Assembly (NCBI GenBank): GCA_015060165.1
Contig: SUZC01000006.1
Location: forward strand, 49,744 to 113,743
Length of the DNA: 64,000 nucleotides
Direction of reading: 5' to 3'
Source: Rikenellaceae bacterium
Lineage (GTDB): Bacteria > Bacteroidota > Bacteroidia > Bacteroidales > Rikenellaceae
In this document: piece by piece, positions 47,493-56,469 of the stretch
How positions within the stretch are numbered: the first letter of the stretch is position 1
Layout: every line of letters starts with the position of its first letter
Program-made: the position numbers and the translations under genes
The notes under the pieces: generated by a model
Database searches by the model: none
The model's input: the letters and a program-made list of their open reading frames with translations, nothing else
What the model was told of the DNA's origin: nothing

Positions 47493-47632
47493 TCTAGCAA
47501 TTTTGTGATACAGCCCTGCTTAACCTAAAATATATAGAAATAGATAATTGTATTATGGCGTTACAATAACTTTATTTTCTCGATTTATGGCGTTTGACAA
47601 AGACTGAATATCTTACTATGAATCCATCAATA

Positions 47633-47685
47633 ATTTCAAAGTGCCAAATCCAAAATTTCAAAGTGCCAAAATGGCACTTTGAAAT
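47633..47685. repeat. Three copies of 14-mer atttcaaagtgcca (two direct, one inverted) forming a perfect 14-bp hairpin
   Basis: Copies at 47633..47646, 47655..47668 and inverted 47672..47685; last two separated by 3 nt. Confidence 0.9.
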
Positions 47686-47703
47686 AATAAATCTTAAAGT
47701 CCG

Positions 47704-47733
47704 CAACTCGTGAGCGCTCACGAGTTGTTTTTT
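47704..47733 (+). terminator. Plus-strand intrinsic terminator with no annotated gene upstream
   Basis: Perfect palindrome caactcgtgagc/gctcacgagttg followed by TTTTTT. Confidence 0.65.
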
Positions 47734-48175
47734 ACCCTTCGAAGTGGTTAGCCACACTAACCAGTTCGGTAAAACAGTCAGTTGATTAGTTTCACTAACC
47801 GACTGCAAATATTATCAAGTTGACTACAGATTGTAGTCATCTACACTTTCCCAAATAGAAAGTAAACCAATACCCTAATGAGCAATAGCGCCTCAAACAA
47901 GGACATCATTATTTATCCACTTTTTAACGCAATTTTCTATGAAATTTTACTATCTTTGTACTTGGATTAGGGCACCGAGTAGGAAAACTGAGAAGTGTGC
48001 ATTTGCTGTAAAAGCAAGGCGCAATTATCCGCCCTATTTCAGTCTAAAATTGTAACCGGCTAATAATCAGCATACTCTTTGTGCTTCATCGGAAGATGCG
48101 GGGATAATACATTGACATAAAACTACATATATATGTTGTCCGAGAAAGTATGGTGCAAGGATCAAAAATGTAATA

Positions 48176-49849
48176 TTACATTTCATGCCAACGCATTTCT
48201 CCATTTGCATAATCAATCTCTTGGCGTAATGTGTGAATTCCTTCCAATGTTAAGAATTCAGAATCCTCTGCCAACTTTAATTCACCCTTTGCGTTTCGCC
48301 TTTGCAAACTGCGTATAAGAAAACATGCTTTTTTTGCCCTCGTGATACCAACATAATGTAGGTCTAAATCCTGCTCCATATTGATATATTCTTGTTGGTG
48401 AAAGTCATTGTTTACTATACGCTTCGAAGGCAATTCCCATTCGCACACATTCAAATGAAATACAATATCAAATTCCAAACCTTTGGATTTATGTAGAGTC
48501 ATTAATTGTACTTCATTCGCATTCATAGGTTTATATGAATTCAAATCATCGTCATTAGATAAAACGGTCTTTAATTTAGAAATAGAAGAACCATCGTCTA
48601 CTTTTGGAAGAAGTATATCTGCAATCCTCTTGAAAGTATCTGGCAGTATTTCATAATTTCCATCAAATGATCGGACCTCTTGACCTGCATTATAAAGGCA
48701 TTTTTTTTCATGATTTGTGAGAGTGTTATAATCAACAAACTCATCGACAACACTCATAAATGGCATTGAATCATCAAAATAATATCTTAACAGATAAGTG
48801 AATAATCGAGATCTCGAATTTAGATCTTCATCAAGTTCTGTAGTCTTTACAATACGATGTGGAATTGATAGATGCTCATCTATTATTGTTTGAGTCCTGA
48901 TGTTTTTGACAAGTATTGCAACCTTGCAATTTTCCGTAACGTTCCATTTGTTGCATATACTATTAAGTTTATTATTAATAAATTCAGCAATTGATTCTTC
49001 GGCACCTTGTACTCTAATTAGGAACATTGAGTTGTCCTCAGTTTCAAGTATCTCAGAGTTTGGGTCCAATAAGCGATTAGAATAATTGATAATGGATGGC
49101 GCACACCGAAAATTTTCATTAAGAGTAAACGATTTAAATTGTGGGTTATCCCTTAATGAACGTATGTATTTATTATCTTTATGAGCAAATCCAAAAATCG
49201 ATTGATTGTCATCGCCAACTGCAATACCAACCAGCCCCATATTTACAAGATCTAAAAATATATCATTTGTATATGTATCGGCATCCTGAAACTCATCTAT
49301 AAAAATATATTTAAAGCGAGCTTTGAGGTAATTTCTACATGCTTGACAGTTTCTTATAATATGAAGAGCTAACAACTCCAAACTTTCAACAAGAATGCGC
49401 CCTTGTGAAAACAATGAAACGATTGATTCTAGTTGGGCTGGTTGTATGTTAATATAATCGGGATGTTCGGACGTTATCCACTTATAAGGCTCTGAACCTT
49501 CTTCACCAAGATCTTTTAGACTAGTTATTTCCAACCTCTTACTTGGACGCCCAAAAATGAAATTTCCGAAATATTCAATAATTTGCGTAAGACAAAAGTT
49601 GTCGATTGTACCAAAAAATGAATTTTTCTGTTGAATATCTCCGCTTGTTGTGCGGCTTTTAAGGTTGGAAGATGCCTTTCTGGTATAGGATATGGCAATC
49701 ACACCCTGATATGAACGCATTTCATCTTTTTGGATAATGCGTTTTATCATTTCAGAGATAACAAAAGTCTTTCCGCTACCAGGAGAAGCTAATACCACCG
49801 TATTACCTTCATGGTTAATAATAGCTTTCTGAATCTCAGTAGGCTCCAT
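48176..49849 (-). CDS. gajB: Gabija GajB, UvrD/Rep-family helicase
   Basis: Walker A ASPGSGKTF, FIDEFQD, HKSKGLEF, VGITRAK motifs; 14-nt overlap with upstream OLD-family gene. Confidence 0.85.
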   Translation of the reverse strand: MEPTEIQKAIINHEGNTVVLASPGSGKTFVISEMIKRIIQKDEMRSYQGVIAISYTRKASSNLKSRTTSGDIQQKNSFFGTIDNFCLTQIIEYFGNFIFGRPSKRLEITSLKDLGEEGSEPYKWITSEHPDYINIQPAQLESIVSLFSQGRILVESLELLALHIIRNCQACRNYLKARFKYIFIDEFQDADTYTNDIFLDLVNMGLVGIAVGDDNQSIFGFAHKDNKYIRSLRDNPQFKSFTLNENFRCAPSIINYSNRLLDPNSEILETEDNSMFLIRVQGAEESIAEFINNKLNSICNKWNVTENCKVAILVKNIRTQTIIDEHLSIPHRIVKTTELDEDLNSRSRLFTYLLRYYFDDSMPFMSVVDEFVDYNTLTNHEKKCLYNAGQEVRSFDGNYEILPDTFKRIADILLPKVDDGSSISKLKTVLSNDDDLNSYKPMNANEVQLMTLHKSKGLEFDIVFHLNVCEWELPSKRIVNNDFHQQEYINMEQDLDLHYVGITRAKKACFLIRSLQRRNAKGELKLAEDSEFLTLEGIHTLRQEIDYANGEMRWHEM

Positions 49850-51602
49850 ACATTGATTCGATATATTCTTTAGCTTTCTGAATCGGGAGACTAATCCTAT
49901 CTTTCTCCAGCGAAGTCAGACATGCTTTATGTTTCTTAAGAAACTCATACATATTTACCGCTTTGTGCTCTTTCATTTTGCAAATAATCTGATCTGCGGT
50001 TAGTTCATTTCCATAGTGCTCTTTCAAGTTTTGATTGATAGGACTATTGTATAAGTCTTCTTCCAATCCTTGTTGCGCAATCAGAATGTTATATTTCTCA
50101 AGTATAGCAATTAAGCTAGATGCGGCTGACGAAACATTTGCTGGAATATGTTCCTTATCCGCAAGGTCATGAATCAGTTCTTTATTTTGATCTATAACCA
50201 ATTTGTCCGCTTGATCTATTGTTTGTAAATCTAGATATGAAATTCCTCTTTCGATACCAGCATATCTATATTTATTTTTGTTAGCTATTTTAACGATATC
50301 ATTATCTGTGCGCAAAATCCATTTGATATTCATGGCATTTAAGATCTTAATATAAGTTGAGAATCCAACACCATCAACACTCATTACAGATATATTCAGC
50401 CTATCTAAATCAATGTTTAATTGCTTTGCTAAAGTATTGTATAGTATCATCTCTGATGGACCTTCAACAAGGATAACACAATCTGAAAAGAATGTTTCTG
50501 CAGGTATTACGCTCATGCGATACCCAAAGTCCTCAAAGTTCTCAGCAATGATTGTTGAACATCCATCTGATGCCACAAGTGTGTCATTACAATTTCGCTT
50601 GTAAAGGCGAATCATAGAATTGGGGCTAAATTCACAAACAATAAAAGGAGAGTGTGTGGTTAAGATGACTTGTTCCGATAATGTTTGTCCCAAATATATC
50701 GCTAGTTCCCGTTGCTGGTGTGGATGTAGATAAACTTCTGGCTCCTCGATAACAATTATTGAAACTTCATTTGATATATTCGTATTCTTGTTTCTGGAAG
50801 CCCATAATGAAAGATATATTTGATTTATTCGGCCCTCACCGCCGACAAGCATTCTTTTTTCTCCAAATTTAGACACTATGGATACATTTGATATGACTTT
50901 ATCCACATCTGAGGATGCAATATCAAATACAATCTGTTGCTCCCTATTGTGAATAGAGAGCTTATCTAATTCTACATTTATTTGCTCTGTTGCATTTTTA
51001 ATGTAGGATAACTTTGGAACTCTTTCATCAACCTCCCTTAACTTTGACACTATTTCTGCGTACAATCTATCATCCGCTTCAACAACCTCTTCATCTCTAT
51101 CCTCTTTAGCTTGCAATAGTAGCTCATTCTTGGATTTATTAATATATCCCCAGAATTCTCTTCTACTACCTATATATTTCAAGTTAAGATATTTTCTATA
51201 ATATGGGCTGTCTATTTCGACCAGATCATCTGTTGAGTCACTTTTGCCGCAATAGAATTTATAACTTAGCTTTCCGTCTTTGATATTAGCTTGATATTCT
51301 ATAACCAACTCTCCATCATCACTCAGTCTTCCCCCCATTCTTGCAACAACGCATTCTTCTGTAATGTCAGACAAGTATGCCCTAATAATAATGGATTTGG
51401 TGTCTTCATATGCATAAAAGTCAGAATCCATAAGTTCGTAATCATAGTCAGAGAGACTCCTATCTAAAAGGATTCTAAGAGCGTATATTAAATTTGTTTT
51501 ACCAACATCATTTGCTCCAAATATTAGACTATGTTTATTAAAATTCACAGTAACTTCTTTGAAGTTACGAAACCCCTTAATGTAGACCTTATTCAAAATC
51601 AT
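49836..51602 (-). CDS. gajA: Gabija GajA, class 2 OLD-family ATPase/TOPRIM nuclease
   Basis: Walker A GANDVGKTN, VIEEPEVYLHPHQQ, TOPRIM ILVEGPSE and TDNDIV motifs; 588 aa. Confidence 0.85.
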   Translation of the reverse strand: MILNKVYIKGFRNFKEVTVNFNKHSLIFGANDVGKTNLIYALRILLDRSLSDYDYELMDSDFYAYEDTKSIIIRAYLSDITEECVVARMGGRLSDDGELVIEYQANIKDGKLSYKFYCGKSDSTDDLVEIDSPYYRKYLNLKYIGSRREFWGYINKSKNELLLQAKEDRDEEVVEADDRLYAEIVSKLREVDERVPKLSYIKNATEQINVELDKLSIHNREQQIVFDIASSDVDKVISNVSIVSKFGEKRMLVGGEGRINQIYLSLWASRNKNTNISNEVSIIVIEEPEVYLHPHQQRELAIYLGQTLSEQVILTTHSPFIVCEFSPNSMIRLYKRNCNDTLVASDGCSTIIAENFEDFGYRMSVIPAETFFSDCVILVEGPSEMILYNTLAKQLNIDLDRLNISVMSVDGVGFSTYIKILNAMNIKWILRTDNDIVKIANKNKYRYAGIERGISYLDLQTIDQADKLVIDQNKELIHDLADKEHIPANVSSAASSLIAILEKYNILIAQQGLEEDLYNSPINQNLKEHYGNELTADQIICKMKEHKAVNMYEFLKKHKACLTSLEKDRISLPIQKAKEYIESMYGAY

Positions 51603-51618
51603 AAAAACGGATGGGTAT

Positions 51619-52272
51619 TTAGTGGTTATTTACAGAATTCACGAGATCGAACTTTATCAATTGCCAAACTTTACCCTGCAGACAGGTTGGATCTGGTTCT
51701 GTATCGGCCAATGTAAAGTTCGTTAATCCTGCAGTACACTCTTCTTTTGTTGCTCCATATGGATAACGCTCCTCATATAGAGACAGCATCTGCTCTATGG
51801 TGTATTTATCACGCAACATATGCAAATCCCAGAAGTCCTTCTTGCGACCACCACGCGACACCACATCCATCTTCATCGCAACAATATCTTCTACTGCTGC
51901 CATACGGATTGTGTCAAATTGTTCTTGTGGACGAATAAATGGGTCGGTATAAAACAAGTCAAGCTTTACGAAGTCATCCTTAGAATTGCCAACCATATAC
52001 GATGTTCCGAAGCCTACAATATCGCCGCAGTCGCCCTGACAATAAGGGAACTCCCTACGAAGAATCTCCTGCAATCGGCGAAAATCCAACGAACCATATT
52101 CTGCATCAGTAAATAGGTCTATATCATCAGACATACGATGACCATAGCGTAACGACAACGAAGTACCACCGACTAATCGAAATGGTTTAAATTCGTCTAT
52201 CTCCATCAATCGCTCCAAAGTGGAACGCAAAATTGGTTTGACGGTTTGGTATTGCAGTTCTTTACGCTTCAT
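51619..52272 (-). CDS. Nucleotidyltransferase AbiEii/AbiGii-family toxin
   Basis: GGTSLSLRYGHRMSDDIDLF motif typical of AbiEii NTases; 11-nt overlap with upstream HTH gene. Confidence 0.8.
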   Translation of the reverse strand: MKRKELQYQTVKPILRSTLERLMEIDEFKPFRLVGGTSLSLRYGHRMSDDIDLFTDAEYGSLDFRRLQEILRREFPYCQGDCGDIVGFGTSYMVGNSKDDFVKLDLFYTDPFIRPQEQFDTIRMAAVEDIVAMKMDVVSRGGRKKDFWDLHMLRDKYTIEQMLSLYEERYPYGATKEECTAGLTNFTLADTEPDPTCLQGKVWQLIKFDLVNSVNNH

Positions 52273-52783
52273 AACAAAGATACTGTTTTATGTTTGCCTT
52301 AATATTGTTTTCAAATGGAGACTTCGTTTTTAAATTGATGTTATCCAATATGACATCACGACCATAGAAACGGATAACCTCCTGTATCTCCTCCTCATTT
52401 CCTCGCTCAAACACACGATTGATTACATATCTGCTATGTGCTGTAAAGTCAATATTTTCAATCTTTGTATCCCAGAATAGAGTTTTGCGAAACTTTGTAA
52501 GGTCAGGGTGATGATTAGCTGATTGTTTACGCTTCTCCTCTGCAATGTCGTAGTATACCTGTAAGGTCATTAAGAATCCTTCCTCCAAACCGAGAGCCTG
52601 CTCTATACGAAGGGATAGAGGTGTATTCATTGACCTACGCCCACGAATAATAGCACTCAAAGTCTGTGGATGCTCACCAATTGACTCGGCAAACTGCCCA
52701 CTTTTGAGTTTTCTATTACCCAACTCTCGCTGCAAAAAAAGACCTGGGTGCAACCCCTTAAGTATTTCAATCATCCTATTCAT
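52262..52783 (-). CDS. HigA/XRE-type HTH antitoxin-like protein with C-terminal DUF6922-like domain
   Basis: N-terminal HPGLFLQRELGNRKL...QFAESIGEHPQTLSAIIRGRR HTH; C-terminal LFWDTK...INRVFERG...FYG pattern. Confidence 0.65.
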   Translation of the reverse strand: MNRMIEILKGLHPGLFLQRELGNRKLKSGQFAESIGEHPQTLSAIIRGRRSMNTPLSLRIEQALGLEEGFLMTLQVYYDIAEEKRKQSANHHPDLTKFRKTLFWDTKIENIDFTAHSRYVINRVFERGNEEEIQEVIRFYGRDVILDNINLKTKSPFENNIKANIKQYLCYEA

Positions 52784-52844
52784 ACCGCAAAAATAAACAT
52801 TTTTGTTTATAAAACCAAATTGCGAGCCAAAAAGTATTGATACC

Positions 52845-52879
52845 CTGCGAAAGTTGAATTTATTTTCAGACTTTCGCAG
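52845..52879 (-). terminator. Possible terminator after metallophosphoesterase pair
   Basis: Perfect 10-bp stem ctgcgaaagt / actttcgcag; T5 only 12 nt further on minus strand, so weak. Confidence 0.4.
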
Positions 52880-52905
52880 AGTATCGAGGCATATAGACTA
52901 CACCT

Positions 52906-53661
52906 CTATAAACTTCCCGCCGTCAAAACCACCGAGGTTTCTCGGTAGTAAACATAGCCGAGTTGGTTGCAGACAATGCGGGTATTGCCGATTGTTGCAT
53001 CTATGTTGGCGTGCGAGTGTCCGAAAATCCACGCATCGATACGGCTGTCGGCAATAAAGTCGCCCAACTCCGTTGCGAAGGCACTATTCAGCAAGTTGCC
53101 CTTATGTTCTGGAGCAACGACTGCCATTGTAGGCAGATGATGGGTTACCACCACGATACGCTCGGCAGTGCTTTCCGCAACACTCCGCTTGATAAAGTCC
53201 AGACATTTCTCGTGCTCGGCGTTAAAGTCAGCAGGAGTAAAGCGCCGACCATTGTACAGAATCTGCCGAAAGTCATTCATTCCTCGATGCACAAAATACT
53301 CATCCTCGGGGCGAATGTGCGACCAAAGAGTTGAGAGGATAAAATCGACATCATCAATCCTCACAACCTTATTCTGGTGGTAATGCACATTTGGCAGTAT
53401 CTTACGACTCCAACTATCGCCATAGGCTAACACATCGCCATTGCCATAAAACTCGTGGTTACCGGGCACCAACAACACCTCTCGGTAGTTTGCCGAAGCC
53501 CACTTCCAGAATCTCAGATTTGGCAATGACCTATCGCGCAGGTAACCTGTATCACCCGCAAAGACCAATACATCGCCAGTAACCTCAAACGGCATACTCT
53601 TTATAAATCTCGAATTATCCGACAACTCCAAATGGATGTCAGATGCAAATTGTATTTTCAT
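52906..53661 (-). CDS. Metallophosphoesterase (calcineurin-like), 251 aa
   Basis: SDIHLE, AGDTG, PGNHE, VTHH, FGHSH motif series. Confidence 0.85.
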   Translation of the reverse strand: MKIQFASDIHLELSDNSRFIKSMPFEVTGDVLVFAGDTGYLRDRSLPNLRFWKWASANYREVLLVPGNHEFYGNGDVLAYGDSWSRKILPNVHYHQNKVVRIDDVDFILSTLWSHIRPEDEYFVHRGMNDFRQILYNGRRFTPADFNAEHEKCLDFIKRSVAESTAERIVVVTHHLPTMAVVAPEHKGNLLNSAFATELGDFIADSRIDAWIFGHSHANIDATIGNTRIVCNQLGYVYYRETSVVLTAGSL

Positions 53662-53675
53662 AAAACTTATCCTCC

Positions 53676-54254
53676 TTATCTTTTACTCTGTTCTACTTGC
53701 TTTTCTATTATTCGCCTTACCTGTTCAAATGAGACAGGTGTAAAGTTGTTATTATCCACTCCAACATCATATTGTGTCGGGAATAGCATATGTAGTCGAG
53801 GCGCATCTATACCGGTGTTTTGCTTGCTGGTATGCACATGACCGAATAGCTGCCAAGTATCTCGATATGCCCCACCATAGCACAAGAATGGGCAGTGGTT
53901 GAGATATATCTTCTGCTTGCCTACCTCAATATGCATCTGCATCGCTATATGCTCAAAACGACTATAATATCCTTGCCTCAAATTCTTGATGTCGTGGTTG
54001 CCGACAATCAGGTAAATCTTACCATTAAGCCTATTAAGGATATTAGTCCATTCCGCCGAGCCTCCTAGGCAGAAGTCGCCGAGATGAAATACAATATCGT
54101 CAGGACCGACTACGCTATTCCAGTTGGCTATGAGCGTTTCGTTCATAACCTCCACATTCTTAAATGGCCTACCACAGAAGTTGATAATATTGGCGTGGTA
54201 GAAGTGAGTGTCGGATGTAAAGAACACCCTATCTCCATCAAATTTGTAATTCAT
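53676..54254 (-). CDS. Metallophosphoesterase (calcineurin-like), 192 aa
   Basis: SDTHFYH, LGDF, VGNHD, NHCP, FGHVH motif series; 14 nt upstream of second MPE gene. Confidence 0.85.
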   Translation of the reverse strand: MNYKFDGDRVFFTSDTHFYHANIINFCGRPFKNVEVMNETLIANWNSVVGPDDIVFHLGDFCLGGSAEWTNILNRLNGKIYLIVGNHDIKNLRQGYYSRFEHIAMQMHIEVGKQKIYLNHCPFLCYGGAYRDTWQLFGHVHTSKQNTGIDAPRLHMLFPTQYDVGVDNNNFTPVSFEQVRRIIEKQVEQSKR

Positions 54255-54351
54255 AATTTCATTGTTTACCGCATCACTGCGTTGTTAATAATAAAGTTTG
54301 TTATTGCCATTGGACGGAATAGATGGAGAGGTTAAGCATCACCAATGGGTA

Positions 54352-54392
54352 TAAACAAAAATCGTTGAAAAGTGAGGAACTTTCCAACGATT
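54352..54392 (-). terminator. Minus-strand intrinsic terminator upstream of MPE cassette
   Basis: 14-bp stem (one mismatch) aatcgttgaaaagt / actttccaacgatt then TTTTGTTT on minus strand. Confidence 0.65.
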
Positions 54393-54427
54393 CTTATCTA
54401 TTCTCATAACTCGGATATCTGCATCTA

Positions 54428-54586
54428 TTATATCCGTGTTCGAGTATGTTTCAGTTGGATAGTATTCCCGATAGAATCTGCGGTTTCAACGCTTGGAATA
54501 GGCGCACACAGAACACCTTCAAAGCGTTTTACGCCCTGAACTCGACCAATAGTCGTAAGCAATATGTGCATTCTATTCTGCTGCAT
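54428..54586 (-). CDS. Small 52-aa ORF with its own promoter-like box and terminator
   Basis: MQQNRMHILLTTIGRVQG...; TATCTTTG box at 54619..54626 on minus strand, terminator at 54352..54392; no family recognised. Confidence 0.3.
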   Translation of the reverse strand: MQQNRMHILLTTIGRVQGVKRFEGVLCAPIPSVETADSIGNTIQLKHTRTRI

Positions 54587-55110
54587 TTTAGTTTCTGTTT
54601 TATCCCATATCGGGAGTGCAAAGATAGTGATTTGATACGCTACTTCCAAAGATTTTGCACTTTAATCTTCTGGTAATTAGGCTATATACTAAAGTATATA
54701 TTGTTGTAGCAAATTGTTATTCAAGAGTAGAGGGTATGTTCGGCTGATTTAGGGCATATGATGCCGCCTCGAAAGTATAACTTCGCATTTTACAGCTAAT
54801 TGCGACATCGATTTATCGAAACCAATAAGGAAACCTAAAAAAAATATTGCCCTCCAGCATCATTCTCGCCACGAACATTGTACCCCTAACGGGGGTACAT
54901 CTTGTTTGTTTGCAAAATCCTTCATAACTTCGCCGTTGCAATGTGGAAGGATTTGGACTGATTGCAGCCACAATAAAAGATAGCCAAAACAGCACGGCCG
55001 CGGGATATATCCCCAAGTGTTATCAACCCATAAATTGGAACTAACAAATCTGTAGCCAGCGTTCAGCGCGTTTGGCATAGGGATAACAGCCCCTAACAAT
55101 AACTAAAACT

Positions 55111-55902
55111 ATGAAACAGAATTTAGAGTTTATAGCACAACTAAACATTATTGCAATTGTATCCAAAGCAATACGCATCATAGATAAATGTTACAAGGAT
55201 GAATGTGAGAAGCGTAATCATGCAAAGGATAGAGAGCTGTTAGATTATACTCCGTTTCCAGAAGAGTGCAACTACGACGAGTTTTACACGATTGTAGAAC
55301 TAAGGCGAGTCGCTTCACCTTTAATAGTTGCCGATATGATAAGTGCTTATTATATGGACTCGTCATATGACAACACCTATTTGCTCAAACTATTAACCAA
55401 AAAGCTTGACCTTGAATTTGACACAGAGAGTGAGTATCGGTATTATAGGAGATTCGTTGATGACCACGACTTTAATATGCCTGGAACGTTTGATGTTGAA
55501 TGTTTTATTAAACATATGCCAATCTTGCGTAAACGCATTGAACTTACTTTTGGTGTGGACATTTACGCCATTAACAAGCCAAGCCAAAGCGTATCAAGTC
55601 GCTTAATCGCCCAGTGTTACTTACGCAAAGTATATGACTATGTCTGCGATGATGCTTTTAAGGGGATTTCATTTAAAGAGTTTGAAAGATGTGTTGTTGA
55701 GAGGAACTTTTCAAAGATTTACAACTCAGAATACGCAAAGGCTTCAATGATTAAGTATCTTATTTACGTTCTGAGTAAACATATAGATAGTGAATCTTGG
55801 TATAGAGATACCGCCCACAGCATTAATACAGAGCCGCAGAAATGCAGTGGCGCATCAGTGCCCAAACAATGGCGAAGGGAGTTAAACGCCATTAAAGCGT
55901 AA
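55111..55902 (+). CDS. Hypothetical 263-aa protein
   Basis: Clean ORF with ATG; Tyr/Asp/Cys-rich, no motif recognised. Confidence 0.5.
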   Translation: MKQNLEFIAQLNIIAIVSKAIRIIDKCYKDECEKRNHAKDRELLDYTPFPEECNYDEFYTIVELRRVASPLIVADMISAYYMDSSYDNTYLLKLLTKKLDLEFDTESEYRYYRRFVDDHDFNMPGTFDVECFIKHMPILRKRIELTFGVDIYAINKPSQSVSSRLIAQCYLRKVYDYVCDDAFKGISFKEFERCVVERNFSKIYNSEYAKASMIKYLIYVLSKHIDSESWYRDTAHSINTEPQKCSGASVPKQWRRELNAIKA

Positions 55903-55956
55903 GTCACCTCATGCCTTCTACACATTATCCATCAGCGCATTACCTTTTTTTCGGTT

Positions 55957-56469
55957 GTGCGCTGTTTCTTTGTGGCACATTGCCCTAGCGCCCGCCTGCG
56001 CTTTGCCTCGTATGACCCCAACCCGTATATCAACCGAGAGCCAACGCCCCACACTCTGCCGGAGTGCGTAACCTCAACGGCCAACAGCGACACAAAAGAG
56101 GCGATTTCACAGCCTCAACAAGTGCAAGCCGACCAAGTACCCCACCGAGCGGAGAAAAACGAAAATAGAGCCATAACAGCAAACCACCCGACCACATTAG
56201 CAATCGAGCATATCGAGCGAGCTGTGCAGGAACTTGTAGAGCGTGGCCTCAACATCGCAGAGGAACACTACGACTGGGTGCGTATAGGTTTTGCATTGGC
56301 CTCAACATACGGAGAGCAGGCAAGGCCACTATATCACGCTATATCGACACAATCGAGCAAATACAAGCGTAACGAGTGTGACGCTCAGTTTACCCATTGC
56401 CTACGCTCTAAGGGTATCAGTATTGGCACATTTTTAGATTACCTCAAACGGGTAGGTGTAAGATGGTAA
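55957..56469 (+). pseudogene. PriCT-2-like primase C-terminal domain fragment (remnant of mobile-element primase/helicase)
   Basis: EHYDWVRIGFALAS...GEQARPLYHAISTQSSKY...ECDAQF resembles PriCT-2; GTG start only, no internal Met, no helicase part. Confidence 0.45.

Noticed and set aside
47425-47515. Tandem 23-bp repeats considered as a CRISPR array
   Set aside because: The repeats are directly adjacent with no spacers, only two copies are good, and no cas genes are present.
47672-47685. TGGCAC in the hairpin, considered as a sigma-54 -24 element
   Set aside because: There is no TTGC at the -12 spacing (the sequence reads TGGCACTTTGAAAT). It is simply the inverted copy of the 14-mer.
47572-47808. 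78-aa minus-strand ORF in the island non-coding stretch
   Set aside because: It has a TTG start only and is translated through the repeat, hairpin and terminator sequences. Its composition is an artefact of those repeats (FGTLKFWIWHFEII).
54813-55099. Overlapping minus-strand ORFs 54813..55016 and 54860..55099
   Set aside because: They have no start context, no motifs and overlap each other. The region is better treated as non-coding DNA or a decayed remnant.
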